Shown here one piece after another: positions 43,962 to 55,830 of a stretch of 64,000 bases of DNA. How positions within the stretch are numbered: the stretch's first letter is position 1; each line of letters begins with the position of its first letter. The notes under the pieces were generated by a model. The model ran no database searches. It saw only the letters and a program-made list of their open reading frames with translations, and was not told the origin of the DNA. Made by a program: the position numbers and the translations under genes. Source of the stretch: Camelus ferus (lineage: Eukaryota); assembly GCF_009834535.1 (NCBI RefSeq), contig NC_045697.1, positions 17,982,001 to 18,046,000 of the forward strand, read 5' to 3'.

Positions 43962-46151
43962 CCGCAAATTTTATTTTTTTAAATTCTGCTTCATCTTCTC
44001 TCAGTGGGATAGCCACTGTGATAGACTTTCTCTTTGCTAAAACTTCTTTTAAATACTGTGTGCAGAACTAGTGTTTAAAGAAAATATCAATTGAATATGA
44101 AGAAAAAGTTCAGTCTTTCTGTCAAAAGATAGATATCAGGAATCATTCCTATATCAAGAAGAAATTATAGTTAGATAGTCATTCATCATGGGAACTTTTG
44201 ATGCATTTAGTATTCTTTAAATGCAGAGAACATTTCTTCCTATTTTCCATCTTCTCCTTCTAGTTCATTTTAGATCTCTAGAATGCTTTGAAAATTTTGT
44301 TTTCCAAATAAATTATACTGATTTACTGTAATCCTAAATAAGCCAAAAGATGGATGCTATCTTTAAAATTTAAATAGCAAGAATATTGCTTGACACCTGT
44401 ATGATTATCTTTTCTCATTGTTAATTGTATTTGAGCTCTGAATCCTTTGAGTCAGCAGTGTTTAGAAGTGTCTTTTTCCTCTGTTAGTGTTGGTCAGGGA
44501 CATACGGTGGCTGTGTGGTTGACTCCTTGGGAACGTGAGAAATCAACTCATGATCAACTAAACATAATTTAGCACTGGTGCAGATGAGCTGCCGTTGACT
44601 TCCTCATGCTCACTCCTAAAGTATTGTGGTGCTGTCATGTGACTTTCAAAGAGTGTCCATTTTATATGTAATTTCTAATATCAATTCACTGATAAATGAG
44701 AGAATCACTTTTTAAAGCTTTAAATATCTTTAGGCAGGAAGATATACTATACGCAGGTAAGTGGGTAACTGCAGGATTGCTGTCATTTGTTAGACACAGA
44801 CAGGGAAAGACACAGGGAGCTGTAACACTGGGTTTTAGGTATATCACTCTTTAGATGCTGAAGGTGCCTCAGTTGGTCTGATCTTTTTTGGTTTTTAAGG
44901 GAAGCCAGTGTTGTGTGGATAAACTTCGAGTCTAGAACTGTGGACTTCAGGAGACCAGCCATGCTACCCTGCAGCCTTGCCCATAACAGGCCTGAAATAC
45001 GATTCATATACAGTTTACATAAATGTTTATTGATGGTTGATCAGTGTTTGTAGCATGTTGCAGAATGCCTTGAATTAACTTTTGTGAGCAAGAAAGGTGA
45101 ACTGTTAGATGACATTTCAGAGAATTTATAGGTGGTAGGTATGTGGGGCAAATTAGGGTGAGTGCATTGCACAGATTTACTACATAACATTTAAATAACT
45201 GTGATGGATTTTAGGGACAAATAATTACAGCTTGTTCTTGGAATGAATTGCATTTTCACAGTAAGCAACCAGTGCTTTGTTGGACTGTAATCTCTCTCAT
45301 TGACTTCATTAAATTTACAAAGATTTTTTGATAGGTGAACATTTGCTTCCTGTGGTTCCAGCATAGGGATATATATTGAAACGGAGACACCGAGACCCTG
45401 CCCTCATCTTGAACCAGGGATCAGAAACAGTTCTATTGATGCCCTAACTATCGCTTAACACTGAGCTAAATTAGTAATGCTTTTAGGGTAATATGGTAAA
45501 TCACGTATGTCGGAACTGGGTTTGTATTACATTAATATGAAAACGTTTAAACTGATACCTGCATATATCTCCTTAGTTTTACTAAGTATAAAACAAATAA
45601 TTTCCTGTTTATCATTGTATTTTTAGATATATGCTATCATTTCCATACCATTAGAAACTTTAATATTTAGAACCAATTTGATCATTATAGATTATCACTT
45701 TATTACTAGTATAATTAGCAGCAGATACTGAATTTGAGTTTTGACTTTAGTGAATGACAAGTAAAGTGTGGGGACGTGAGGAAGCTGGGCCATTAAGACT
45801 CCACCAGTTACTGGCTGTGTGTGGAACTCTGGACCCCTACCCTGGTACAGTGGGGATGAGAGAACCTGTCCTAGGTGTGAGGGCTGAACGAGGGCACTAC
45901 TGTAGAGCATCGTGGTTGGCACACAGGAGACACCTGATAGAGACTAGCACTTCTGAGTTCAGTGTTCTCTGCTGCTCTTTTCTAGGATAAATTGTGTTGG
46001 TATTTTAGAAGTTTAAAATAGCTTTTTTTTTCTTTTGGTCAGACTTAATGGACTGTGACAGTAGTCTTTTTAATTCTCTGGCTTTCTAGATTTTTGTTTC
46101 CTTGTTAGTTTTTTTTTTCCAAAGTAAAGTACTTCACAAAATGCTAAAACA

Positions 46152-47097
46152 TTTTTCTTTTTTTTTTTTTAATGTTTTTTTATTGAGTTATAGTCATTTT
46201 ACAATGTTGTGTCAAATTCCAGTGTAAAGCACAATTTTTCAGTTATACTTGAACACACGTATATTCATTGTCACATTTTTTTCACTGTGAGCTACCACAA
46301 GATCTTGTATATATTTCCCTGTGCTATACAGTATAATCTTGCTTATCTATTCTGCGTATGCCTGTCAGTATCTACAAATTTTGAACTCCCAGTCTGTCCC
46401 TTCTCACCCCTCTCCCGCTTGGCAACCACAAGTTTGTATCTGTATCTATGAGTCTGTTTCTGTTTTGTATTTATGTTTTTGTTTTGTTTTGTTATTTAGA
46501 TTCCACACATGAGCGATCTCATACGGTATTTTTCTTTCTCTTTCTGGCTTACTTCACTTAGAATGACATTCTCCAGGGATATCCATGTTGCTGCAAATGC
46601 TGTTGTGTTGTCGTTTTTTATGGCTGAATAGTATTCCATTGTATAAATATACCACTTCTTTATCCAGTCATCTGTCGATGGACATTTAGGCTGTCTCCAT
46701 GTCTTGGCTATTGTAAACAGTACTGCTATGAACATTGGGGTCCAGGTGTCTTTTTGAAGTAGGGTTCCTTCTGGATATATGCCTAGGAGTGGGATTTCTG
46801 GGTCATATGGTAAGTCTATTCCTAGTCTTTTGAGGAATCTCCATACTGTTTTCCACAGTGGCTGCACCAAACTGCATTCCCACCAGCAGTGTAGGAGGGT
46901 TCCCTTTTCTCCACAGCCTCTCCAGCATTTGTCATTGTGGACTTTTGAATGATGGCCATTCTGGCTGGTGTGAGGTGACACCTCCTTGTAGTTTTGATTT
47001 GCATTTTTCTGATAATTAGTGATATTGAGCACTTTTTCATGTGCCTATTGATCATTTGTATGTCTTCCTTGGAGAATTGCTTGTGTAGGTCTTCTGC
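46152..47097 (-). mobile_element. 5'-truncated LINE-1 (ORF2 C-terminus, 3'UTR and poly-A), frameshifted
   Basis: Minus-strand frames give [20 protein letters not shown]...[10 protein letters not shown] and then, after a frameshift, [19 protein letters not shown]...[11 protein letters not shown]...YTMEYYSAIK...ILSEVSQKEK. This is the L1 ORF2 Cys-rich C-terminal domain. Poly-T at 46152-46170. Confidence 0.96.
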
Positions 47098-47499
47098 GTT
47101 CAGAGTGCTAAATACTTCTAGAGGGTGCTATACCTGAAATCATGGTTTGCCTGGTTTCACCAGGAGCAAATCAGTTTCTCTGGCACCTCTTAACATTGTG
47201 ACTCTTTGCATTTATTAGACTCTACATTTTGACGGTCATGTCATCTTTAGTTCTCACTGAGCCAGAGGGAGATGGTACTTCGAACCATACTAAGTCAAGA
47301 TCACAAAAACCTTATAATGTGAGAGTAAGATATTAATATTTAAATAATATTAGGGCAGAAAGTAGCATTTCAACTCTTGTGAAGAATTTTCAGATCAGAA
47401 ATTCTCAGTAGTTAAAGGGTTAGTGCTAAGGAGTGAATTGTTGATATGGTAGATAATCAATGTTTTTCACTTTCTGGGTGAACTAGAACAGGATATAGG

Positions 47500-47672
47500 A
47501 TTTTCCACAAAGCACACACTGCCACATCAAAAATCACGTGGGCCAGTGATTAAAAATGCAAATTTTGGGAGGCCACCACAGGCCCGCTCAATCAGAAGGT
47601 GAAGATTGGGTCCAGGCCTGCATTTTTAACCAGTTCACCTGATCCTATGTTCACTGAGGTTGAGAACCATTA
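47500..47672. mobile_element. MER5-like hAT-Charlie MITE
   Basis: ttaaaaatgcaaattttggg...aatcagaa...ctgcatttttaacc...gaggttgagaaccatt. Confidence 0.6.
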
Positions 47673-49499
47673 TTTTCCACAGAAGCTAGTTTTTAGTAAT
47701 TAGCTGTTTATCATTTTTTAGTTGTTAGGTTAAAAACTACTCCCTTAGATGCACTGGAAATTGATGTATTTTTTCTTTAACGATAACTAACTGGTGGTGA
47801 ATATCACCTACAAGGTGCTCACACTTCCATAAGGCTGTTTAGATGATGGAGGGCCTACGTGTACCCCAGTTCTCTCTGCACTGTGATGTGTGGAAATGAA
47901 GCCCTTAAGGACACCTTTCAGCACTAGGAGGGCGACATTCAGCCAAGCAGTAGATGCTGATTTGGGTCTGTGTGGGCCGTGCAAATTGGTCCATTTCAGC
48001 TCGTAAGTGTCGCCTTTCCTCAGTGTGTGCAGTCAGACTCCAGACACGGAGTGTACTGTGTGGTTACCTCTGTGCTCATGATAAAACTGTTCTGTGATGT
48101 GACTAAGTGACACTGTTTACTGGCTTGATAGATGTTTTAAAGGTTAAAACGAGATAAATTTGTAGTTTATGCCTCCTGTCTCCAACTTCCAGTGTTCTCA
48201 TATGCCCCCAAGACTGGATTCCTGATTCCTAATGCAGAAGGAACACTATTACTCTAAATTACATTTTCCACTATTCAGATAATAAAATTAAGAGTTCAGC
48301 TAGATGTGTGGCTGGCTGCTCTAAACTATGCTAGTGATTGTCAACATTTTAGGTGATGCTGCAAAACTTCCTAACATTGATAACACGTTTCTTCCCTTTT
48401 ACCTTTCCACTAATTTTGTCCTGCCCAGTTGTTGCAGGAAGACGTATGAAGGATAAAAAGAGAGGTTTGGTTTGCTTTCCTGGGGTGTAAGATCAAGATC
48501 TCCAGGTGGCAGGGTTACAGCCATATGACTGGCTGTAAATGGCTGAGGCTGTTCTGGGTGCCATTTTCTCCCTGCTGGAGGAGGAGCCGTCAAAGGACAC
48601 TTGGAAAGATTAGCCCACATGTCAGGAGGAGACCCAGGTGACTGGCGTAGTGGGAGCCCAGTCGGGAGCTGTCAGCCATGTCAAACTCCGCCAGGAAATG
48701 GAGAAAAGGAGTGGTGGAGAATTGGCTATCATCTCTGAAAAATTGCAAGTCAGGGGTGGTTGCATTTCAAATGACCTTCAACCTCCTTATTCTCCCCAGT
48801 GTCGTCTCGGGGCTCTCCCCTACCAGTTCAGATTGGCTTTCTTGCCATTTCTTGAAGGAATGGAATTGTTTCCTCCCCCAGAGCTCTGCCAGTGCTGTCC
48901 TTTCCTAACCCTTTCACAAGGTTAATTCTCACTCACTCTTAATTTCTCAGCTTAATGTCTCCTTAGAGATCCTACTATGATTTTGAGTCTCTGTTACTGA
49001 TCCCTTCCAGTCAGTTGTCACAATTTGTTGTTATGTATTAACTTGGTGCTTAGTATTTTATAATCTGATTAAATTATAAACCTTGTAATGTCAGAGATCA
49101 TGCCCATTTTGCTCTACCTCCCTACACGCAGCACCAAGCATGGTGTCTGTCACACTCAAGAGATAGGTGCTCAAAAAATACTTGATTGGATTACCAGATA
49201 TCATACAGCAAAGTGGACTTTGGTTTGAAATATGATAAATTATCCTGAAATCTTAACAACATCACAGTGTATTGAATTTGTTCACAAAATGGGCTATATT
49301 CCAAAATTTGCAAACTGACTGCCACTCATGTTACCATTGCTCTGTGGAAGACCCATCACTGTCAGTCCATGTCTGCACCCACTGGAAATAGCAGTTACAG
49401 ATCTGCAAGCTCCCCTCTATCCAGACACCAGCCTTGATTTCCAAATCAAGATTTCCAGTTTTCAGGCTCCAGATAATTTTTAAGGCCTCCATTTTTGTT

Positions 49500-50690
49500 A
49501 ACTTAGGAGAGATGATGGATTAGAAAGGTGATTTTTAGTATTTAAAAAAAAAAAGTGGTGACACAGGAAATGTTTCCAGAGGAGTGTTGGCAGCCGGAGC
49601 CCTATTGGAGTGGGTGTGAAAGAACTGTGAGGTGAGGAAGTGGAGACCACGGAGGTAGTCAACTCTTGAAGAATTTTGCTTGAAGAGGGGAGAAGAATGG
49701 AGTGGTGGCCAGAGGGAGACGGCATCAGGGCCTCCTTTAAAAAGGTGGATGATCAGAAGATATATTTACACATCCACAGGAGTTACCCACTGAGGGGAAG
49801 ACATTGACCATTCTAGAGAATTCTAGAGAAGGGGGAGGGGGAGATATGTGTGTGAAACCCTTGAGAAGGCAAGAGGCTGAGACCTAATGACCAGAGGAAG
49901 GTTGGCCTTGGGTTGGAGCGTGACGTCCCCTCTGCTCACAGGAGAGTGTGGGCACAGATGTTGGCAGGTGGTGGTACTGTGGCAGTTCAACAGTTTTCCC
50001 CAGGAAATAGGTGTTAAGGTCTCAGCAGAGAGAGAGGAGAGAGGTGAAATTGTCAAACTCCAATGGGAAAGTAAATTTGCCAAGGAGGTGTTAGTATTGA
50101 GGGTCTGCTGGAGATTTGTGCTGTAAAGTCCAAGTGAGTCCAGTTAATGGAATCGTTTTCTCCTGATGCTCAGGGCTTGGGCTGGGTTGGGTGGAGTGAT
50201 GGGTTTAATCTAAATCGGGGTTTTGTCAAACCATTGCAACAAGGCAGAGACAGGTGAGGCGGTTAGAGAACATAGTAAAACAATGACAGGGCCAGCGGGG
50301 TAGAGTGGAGGATTGGGGGGTTTTAGAATCAGAAGGATGGAGAGACAGGTGGTGGCCAGAGAGGGCTGCTTGCAGTGCGTGGTACAGGGTGGAGTCGGTG
50401 AGGACGAGGGTCACTGGGGCCGTGGTGGCTGCTGTCCGGCAAGGAGAAAATCACTTGAGCTCAGTACATCAAGAACTGAGTGCCCGGGGGGGTTGGCTGG
50501 CTCATCCGTGTGGCTGTTAAAGTCACCAGGAAAGATGATGGCAACAGTGGTGGAGAAAGGAACCCTGAGTTGGGGGCTGAGGTCACCAGTGAATGAGGAG
50601 ACTGAAGTGACTGCAGTGATGGGAGAGAAAAGCTGCATGTGTGTCTAAGGCTCACAGGGCTTTGAAGGGCCAAGAGGGGGGTCCGTGACT
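49500..50690 (-). mobile_element. LINE-2 remnant including the ORF2 endonuclease region
   Basis: The minus frame 50411-50638 reads AIIFPGDFNSHTDEPANPPGHSVLDVLSS, and the next frame reads LSGHHL (SDH-like motif). The DNA is similar by eye to 11.4-12.1 kb and 27.4-27.9 kb. Confidence 0.72.
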
Positions 50691-51739
50691 TCCTTCAGTT
50701 ATTTAGTAAGTAGTGAGGCTGGGATTTGAACCTAGGTGGGCTGATGCCGGGCCCCTAAGCCCTACACTGACTGCCCTGAGGAGCTGGAAGCAGACATGCA
50801 GGATGATGGAGGACCTGGTGTGGGATGAAAATGCAAAGCCAGCTTGTGAGTGTGGGCAGTGTTCTCCAGTCATGTACCCGCCGGAGTTAGTACTTACATC
50901 CAGGAGGTAAGAATAAAGCCTATAACGGAGGTGGAGGTCAGTTCTGACTTGATTTTTACAGCTGGACTCGGCAGCTCTCCCTGCGGGCTCTGGAAGCAGG
51001 TGTTTCTGGTGGTTCTCCTGCCTGATCCTGTCCTGAGCACAGTCCTGGTCATGGAGACAGTCATGTGTGGAGAGGAGGCAGCCCAGCACTGCCACCCAGG
51101 AGAGTGGCCTGAGTGACCCCTGCTCAGAGGCCCAGGTCGGTTCTTGGAGGGGCAGGGGCGGAAGCATCAGTCCTTCCCCTGGTGTGGAGCCACGGTTCAG
51201 GGCCTTCCAGTGCTGGGTCCTCTGCTGGGTCATCTGAAGCATTCCTCAGGGGGAGCTGCCCAGTCCAGGAGCTGACTCTTTGGGGAATCAGGCATTTCCC
51301 AGGCCCCTAGGAGATGGACCAGACTTCAGCTGGCTACTTAGCAGACCCAGGAGGGCCTTGACCCAGCTGGACCTGGGAACCTCTGGATCTGCCAAGCTGT
51401 CCACGAGAATCCCAAGTGCTCGGGGTCACAGACATTGCGGGGCCAGGCCAGACCTGAGGCTGGTTGTGATCAAAAGGTCTCTACCTGCATGTGCCACTCC
51501 CGTCCCCTGTCTCTGTCTGCATTTGACTTTTCAAGTTTCTCCTATGCAGAAGTGTGTCATGTGCTTCAGAAACATTATTTCATGTAGTTCTCTGAACAGC
51601 TGTTCAACAAAGGGATTGCTATCCTTAGTTTACAGAAAAGGAAGAAAAGTTCAGAGAGGTCCGATTTGTCCCAGTCACAAAACTAGTCAGCCATAGGGCT
51701 AGGATGCGAAACATGATCTGACCCCAGATGACAACAATT

Positions 51740-51985
51740 GCTAGAATGACTGAGTACTTAGTAAGCTGGGCACCATCCAAGCACATCCCACGAATAACTC
51801 ATTTAAGCCTCACCCCAGTCCTACAAGGTAAGTACTACTATTAGCATCATCCCCATTTCACAGATGAAGAAACTGAAGCACAGGGTAAGTCTTCTCACTT
51901 GTTCACTGGAGTTGCACAGACAGCAAGGGCAGGATGGGCATGTGAAGCTAGGCAGTCTGGTGCAGCACCCTTGCTTGTAACCACT
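51740..51985 (-). mobile_element. MIR SINE
   Basis: aactcatttaagcctcac...atccccatttcacagatgaagaaactgaagcacagg...cacttgttca...gcacagacagcaag. Confidence 0.8.
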
Positions 51986-52326
51986 GCATGTGTTGCCTTT
52001 CTGGGGTCTGTATTGTTCCACGACCCCGCTCTCCCTCCCGTGCCCTGGCCACACTCCCTGGGCACAGTCTTCCTGCAGGGGCATGGCCACCGTGGTGTCT
52101 GTGGGGTGTGACTGACTGCCCAAGCTTCTCAGAACTCCTTTGTTCAGAATCACCAACGGTGAGGAGACTGGCTGTGAGAGGGAGCAATGCTGCTTTTCCT
52201 GCAGACATGGGAGCAGTAGGTGGTAGAACCCCCAATTCTGCCGCCTGATGTCAGTGTGGTTTCCTCCAAGACAGTGCTGCCCACGCCAGTTACCATGTCC
52301 TCTTGCTTTGCCTCCCAAACAGGTTC

Positions 52327-52372
52327 GTGTGTGTCTGTGCGTGTGCGTGCGTGTGTGTGTGTGTGTGCGTGC
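52327..52372. repeat. Imperfect (TG)n/(CG) alternating purine-pyrimidine microsatellite
   Basis: gtgtgtgtctgtgcgtgtgcgtgcgtgtgtgtgtgtgtgcgtgc. Confidence 0.9.
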
Positions 52373-53017
52373 TCAGGGCTCACAGAGACAGCTGTGCTCT
52401 CCCCGGAAAGCTGCCCACAGTATTTGTGCTGTGAATGTTCTCTGTCCCACTTCCCAATTCATCAAGATTACTTTGCATTTTATTGGTCTACAGACTTCAG
52501 TGGGTATAGGCTCCCACGGGAAATGGAAAGCAGGTGAGAGGCGGAGAAATGATCTTCAGAATAAATTCGTGGGCCAGGAAGGGGGCGAGTTTGCAGTTTG
52601 TGGTAGGGAAACTGCAAAACACGGAATGCTCGGTTGTGAACGCTGCGAGAAAGACTGACGACCCCACGAGATACAGACCAGAAACATACTTGGCCCATTA
52701 GCTGTGGGCTAGGAACTGTGATAATGTGGTGTCAGGAAAATAAGTTACATTTTGTGTTTTTCCACAAAATAGCTCAGAGGATCACAAACGGTTATCTTAT
52801 TTACTCATCCAACAGGTAAAAGGGACTTGATGGGGTGAGAGGGTCTTGGGATGGAGCAGGATATGTAATCATGTAGTTTGCATTTGAGAAATGGGAGTTG
52901 AAGGAACAGATTTGCAAATTGGCTCAGCAATTCAGTGAAAACGTGAGCCTTAGATCTCAAATTTCTAACTCTTCACTCCTCGTCGTTCCAAAATTAGGGT
53001 AATAGCCTGTTTATGCT

Positions 53018-53088
53018 TAATTATATGTATATATATAAATTATAAATATAAAATATAAATATAAAAAATATGTATATAATTATATATG
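53018..53088. repeat. AT-rich low-complexity (TA/TATAAA) tract
   Basis: Seen directly. Confidence 0.85.
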
Positions 53089-53846
53089 CTGATTTACAGC
53101 TAGTCTGGCTCTGGGCCGGGCATTGGGCGTGTGACACTTCCCAGCCCATTTCCAGAAGCTGGAGGGATGGGTGACGGTTTGCTGCAAAGCGGTTGAGAAG
53201 ACGATGCCACACAAAGTCACTAGAAAAGGAAAGGAAGACAGTCATGGTTTATGGGTTGAAGCAGAACAGAAAGGAGCGATGCTGCTCTGGGGGGAGAAGT
53301 GTACGAAATGTGTCCACCTAATTTAGAAGAATAAAGCTCTGTTGTCCCTCTGGCGGGGCCCAGAGTCCAGATCAAATGCTTTTCCAAAGCTGCCCTCACT
53401 CATCCAAGCCCCACACCTCAGCTCCAGGCCCCAGCAGCCCAGCCCCAGGTTGGCTGGCATCTCTGCTCCAACAGAGTTCTCACCGTAACCATTGTGTTTT
53501 CTGAGCGCTAATCATAGGCGAGGACCCAGGCTCCATGCACTATGGGTGTTAACTTGTTCAGCTGCCCCCACCCCATCACCCATGGGAAAGGAAGCATTGT
53601 TTATCCCTTTAAATGGAAGAGGACAGAGAGGCTCAGAGTGGAGGTGATTAGGTCACACAGAGGTCATGAGGGGTCAGGCCCTCCCTTAACTTATAAATTA
53701 CGTACCTTCCCCTTCTGGCCCATGAACTCAAGGGCGTGCACCCCTGCTGCCTGGTTGCAAATCCTCACTAAAGCTCTGTGCCCTGCGGGAAGCCCTGCCC
53801 CTGAAATTGATGGAGTGTGGCACCCAGAGCCCTGTTCAGGAAGCCA

Positions 53847-53863
53847 TAGCGCCCCCTGGTGCC
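53847..53863 (-). promoter_or_regulatory. CTCF motif (reverse orientation)
   Basis: The reverse complement GGCACCAGGGGGCGCTA is one mismatch from the canonical GCCACCAGGGGGCGCTA. Confidence 0.65.
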
Positions 53864-54197
53864 TGAGAAGCCTAGCTCTAGCCCCAAGCCTGTCAGGGCC
53901 GAAGGTTCCCAGCGCTCGGGCCAGGACGGCGGAGCTGAGCCACCCAAGGTAGGAAAGAGCTGCTCCCCTCGGCCAACCCAGGCCGGTGTCTGAGGCTGCC
54001 CTGTGGGAATGCCTCAATCCAGGAAGCCCAGGCACTACATGGCCTCTCTGGCTGACGCTGGATCACCAGGCATTCCTCTGCCAGGCTCAGCGGCCTGGGA
54101 GAGACACCCCAGAGAGGGAGACTGTGTGGAAGAGTCCCCATCAGGAGACGGGTCTCAGACATGGTCTCGGCTTGTGAGTGGGAGGATGGTTGGCAGC

Positions 54198-54214
54198 CCC
54201 TGCAGAGGGCAGCA
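54198..54214 (+). promoter_or_regulatory. CTCF motif (forward orientation)
   Basis: CCCTGCAGAGGGCAGCA fits the CC(A/T)GCAGAGGGCAGCA core. Confidence 0.5.
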
Positions 54215-54239
54215 GTTTGCTTTTCTGGGCTGTTAACGC

Positions 54240-54938
54240 CAGGTCTGCTTCACCATGCGTGGCCTCGTGCTCTGAAGGGCCCAGGCTCAGTTTAATGCTC
54301 TGTGGAGATAAACAGAGACCAATCAAATGAGAACAAGCTGTTTATTCCGAACTTCCTTGAGCAAGGGAGGCAGTCTTGCATTTTGGCAGAGACTCCAAGG
54401 CAGGCAGAAGGGGTGGGGACGCTTTATAGTGGGGGAAAGGGACGGTTCCAGGCGTGCCCTGACTGGAGGCTGCTGGCCCAGGGAGGCTGGAGGAGGCTGA
54501 GTGGAAGGAAGCGGGGCGTCCTGTGTGACTGGTTAGAGGTGCATGTTTGGCTTTCTCTGCTTGGTCCTAAGTTGAAACCAGGGACAAAAATTAGGGAAGC
54601 TGTCAGTTATTGATCAAGTCCTGGCCATTTGGGGCTGATTGTTACAAGGATTTTGGTTTGGTTTCCTGGACTGTCACTGGAGATGGCAGTCTCACTTCCT
54701 GCAAGAACGACTTACTTAAAGCAGGCTGGCCTCCTGGGCTGGCTATTGTAGATAAGGAGTTGGTTTCCTGGGTAGGTGGCTGCAGGCTGTGGGTCAGAGT
54801 GCCATTTTTATATATGGTCTGGCTGTTGAGCATTTGCATATTCAGTCTCTCACTTCACTGTCGCCGTCTTGAAATTTTTAACAAGGGGTCCCGTATTTTC
54901 ATTCCACACTGGGTCCTGCAAATGGCATAACCAGTCCT
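54240..54938 (+). mobile_element. MER91-like hAT MITE split by an LTR insertion
   Basis: The left part gaagggcccaggctcagtttaatgctc and right part ctgtcgccgtcttgaaattttt...aacaaggggtcccgtattttcatt...cactgggtcctgcaaat...ccagtcctg are contiguous in the MER91A consensus as I recall it. Confidence 0.6.
54301..54852 (-). mobile_element. ERV solo LTR (family unresolved, ERV1-like)
   Basis: TG...CA termini, a reversed AATAAA (tttatt) near the left end, ~550 nt long, and it interrupts the MER91-like element. Confidence 0.6.
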
Positions 54939-55443
54939 GTGTTCATTTTTGGACTCATGACCAAGGACACATTCATGATCTAGCTGCAATTTTCAAAGTT
55001 TTATTTAAAATTTGAGATTGTGCTGTCCCCAGGTGCTGAGGGCCTCCTGGTAGAACCCAGTTCAAACACCCGGGAGAACGTCCTTGGGGCCTGTTGAGGA
55101 GTCTGTGTCTTTCTCAAGCCTGCAAATCTTCCTGTGTGTTTTTCCCATCTTGGTATGGCCTGGGTCTTCTGGACAGTGTGGGTGTCAGTGAGCTGGGGCT
55201 GAAACAAACATCTAAGTTGGGTCAAATTTCGTTTATTTGGATCCTGTTCGTTTAAAATGGAGTGTTGGTATATTTTATGACAAAGAGATTTGCTAAGCAA
55301 ATACACTGTGCAAAACATTTGCAGGGAGGGGGGCAATATTTAACCTGTGGAGAGCAAAAATTTCAAGGACCTAATCAGCACTGCTACACAAAACCAGTGA
55401 GAAACCTTGTAAGTCTAATTTCAATGCATAGTTTGCTGTTTAT

Positions 55444-55830
55444 GTGTCAGAGGAGGTCATTGAGAGGACGTGACCACCGGTTAACCTGTGAGCTGGACCC
55501 GGGCAATCAGAGGCTCCTCACCCCGTCCCCTGCCCTTGGAACCTAGGTTCTACCCACCATGACCACACTAGGAGCTGTTTCAAGGATGCAGCTTTGAAAT
55601 AATGTGTCGTTGAGACCATCTGAACCCACTTAAGGCGTCTGCATAAACTTTTAAGATTGACTAGCAGGTGTGGAGATCTGGGGGCCACCTCAAACAAGTC
55701 TCGTTTGTAAGTTCCTTTGCTTATTAAACCTGCCAACAACCAATCTGGGGCGGCTGCCTCTTTCTTGGTCTCTCCTTGCCCTCCCTTGTTTGGCCCAGTT
55801 TCAGATTCCACCCAGGGATGCTCCATCCAG
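55444..55830 (+). mobile_element. ERV LTR-like remnant
   Basis: LTR-like layout: cataaa (TATA-like) then tgtaagttcctttgcttATTAAAcctgcc, followed by a pyrimidine-rich U5-like segment. Confidence 0.45.

Noticed and set aside
46496..47055. 178-aa and 77-aa ORFs as a gene
   Set aside because: They are frameshifted pieces of L1 ORF2 in a 5'-truncated copy lacking promoter, ORF1, endonuclease and reverse transcriptase.
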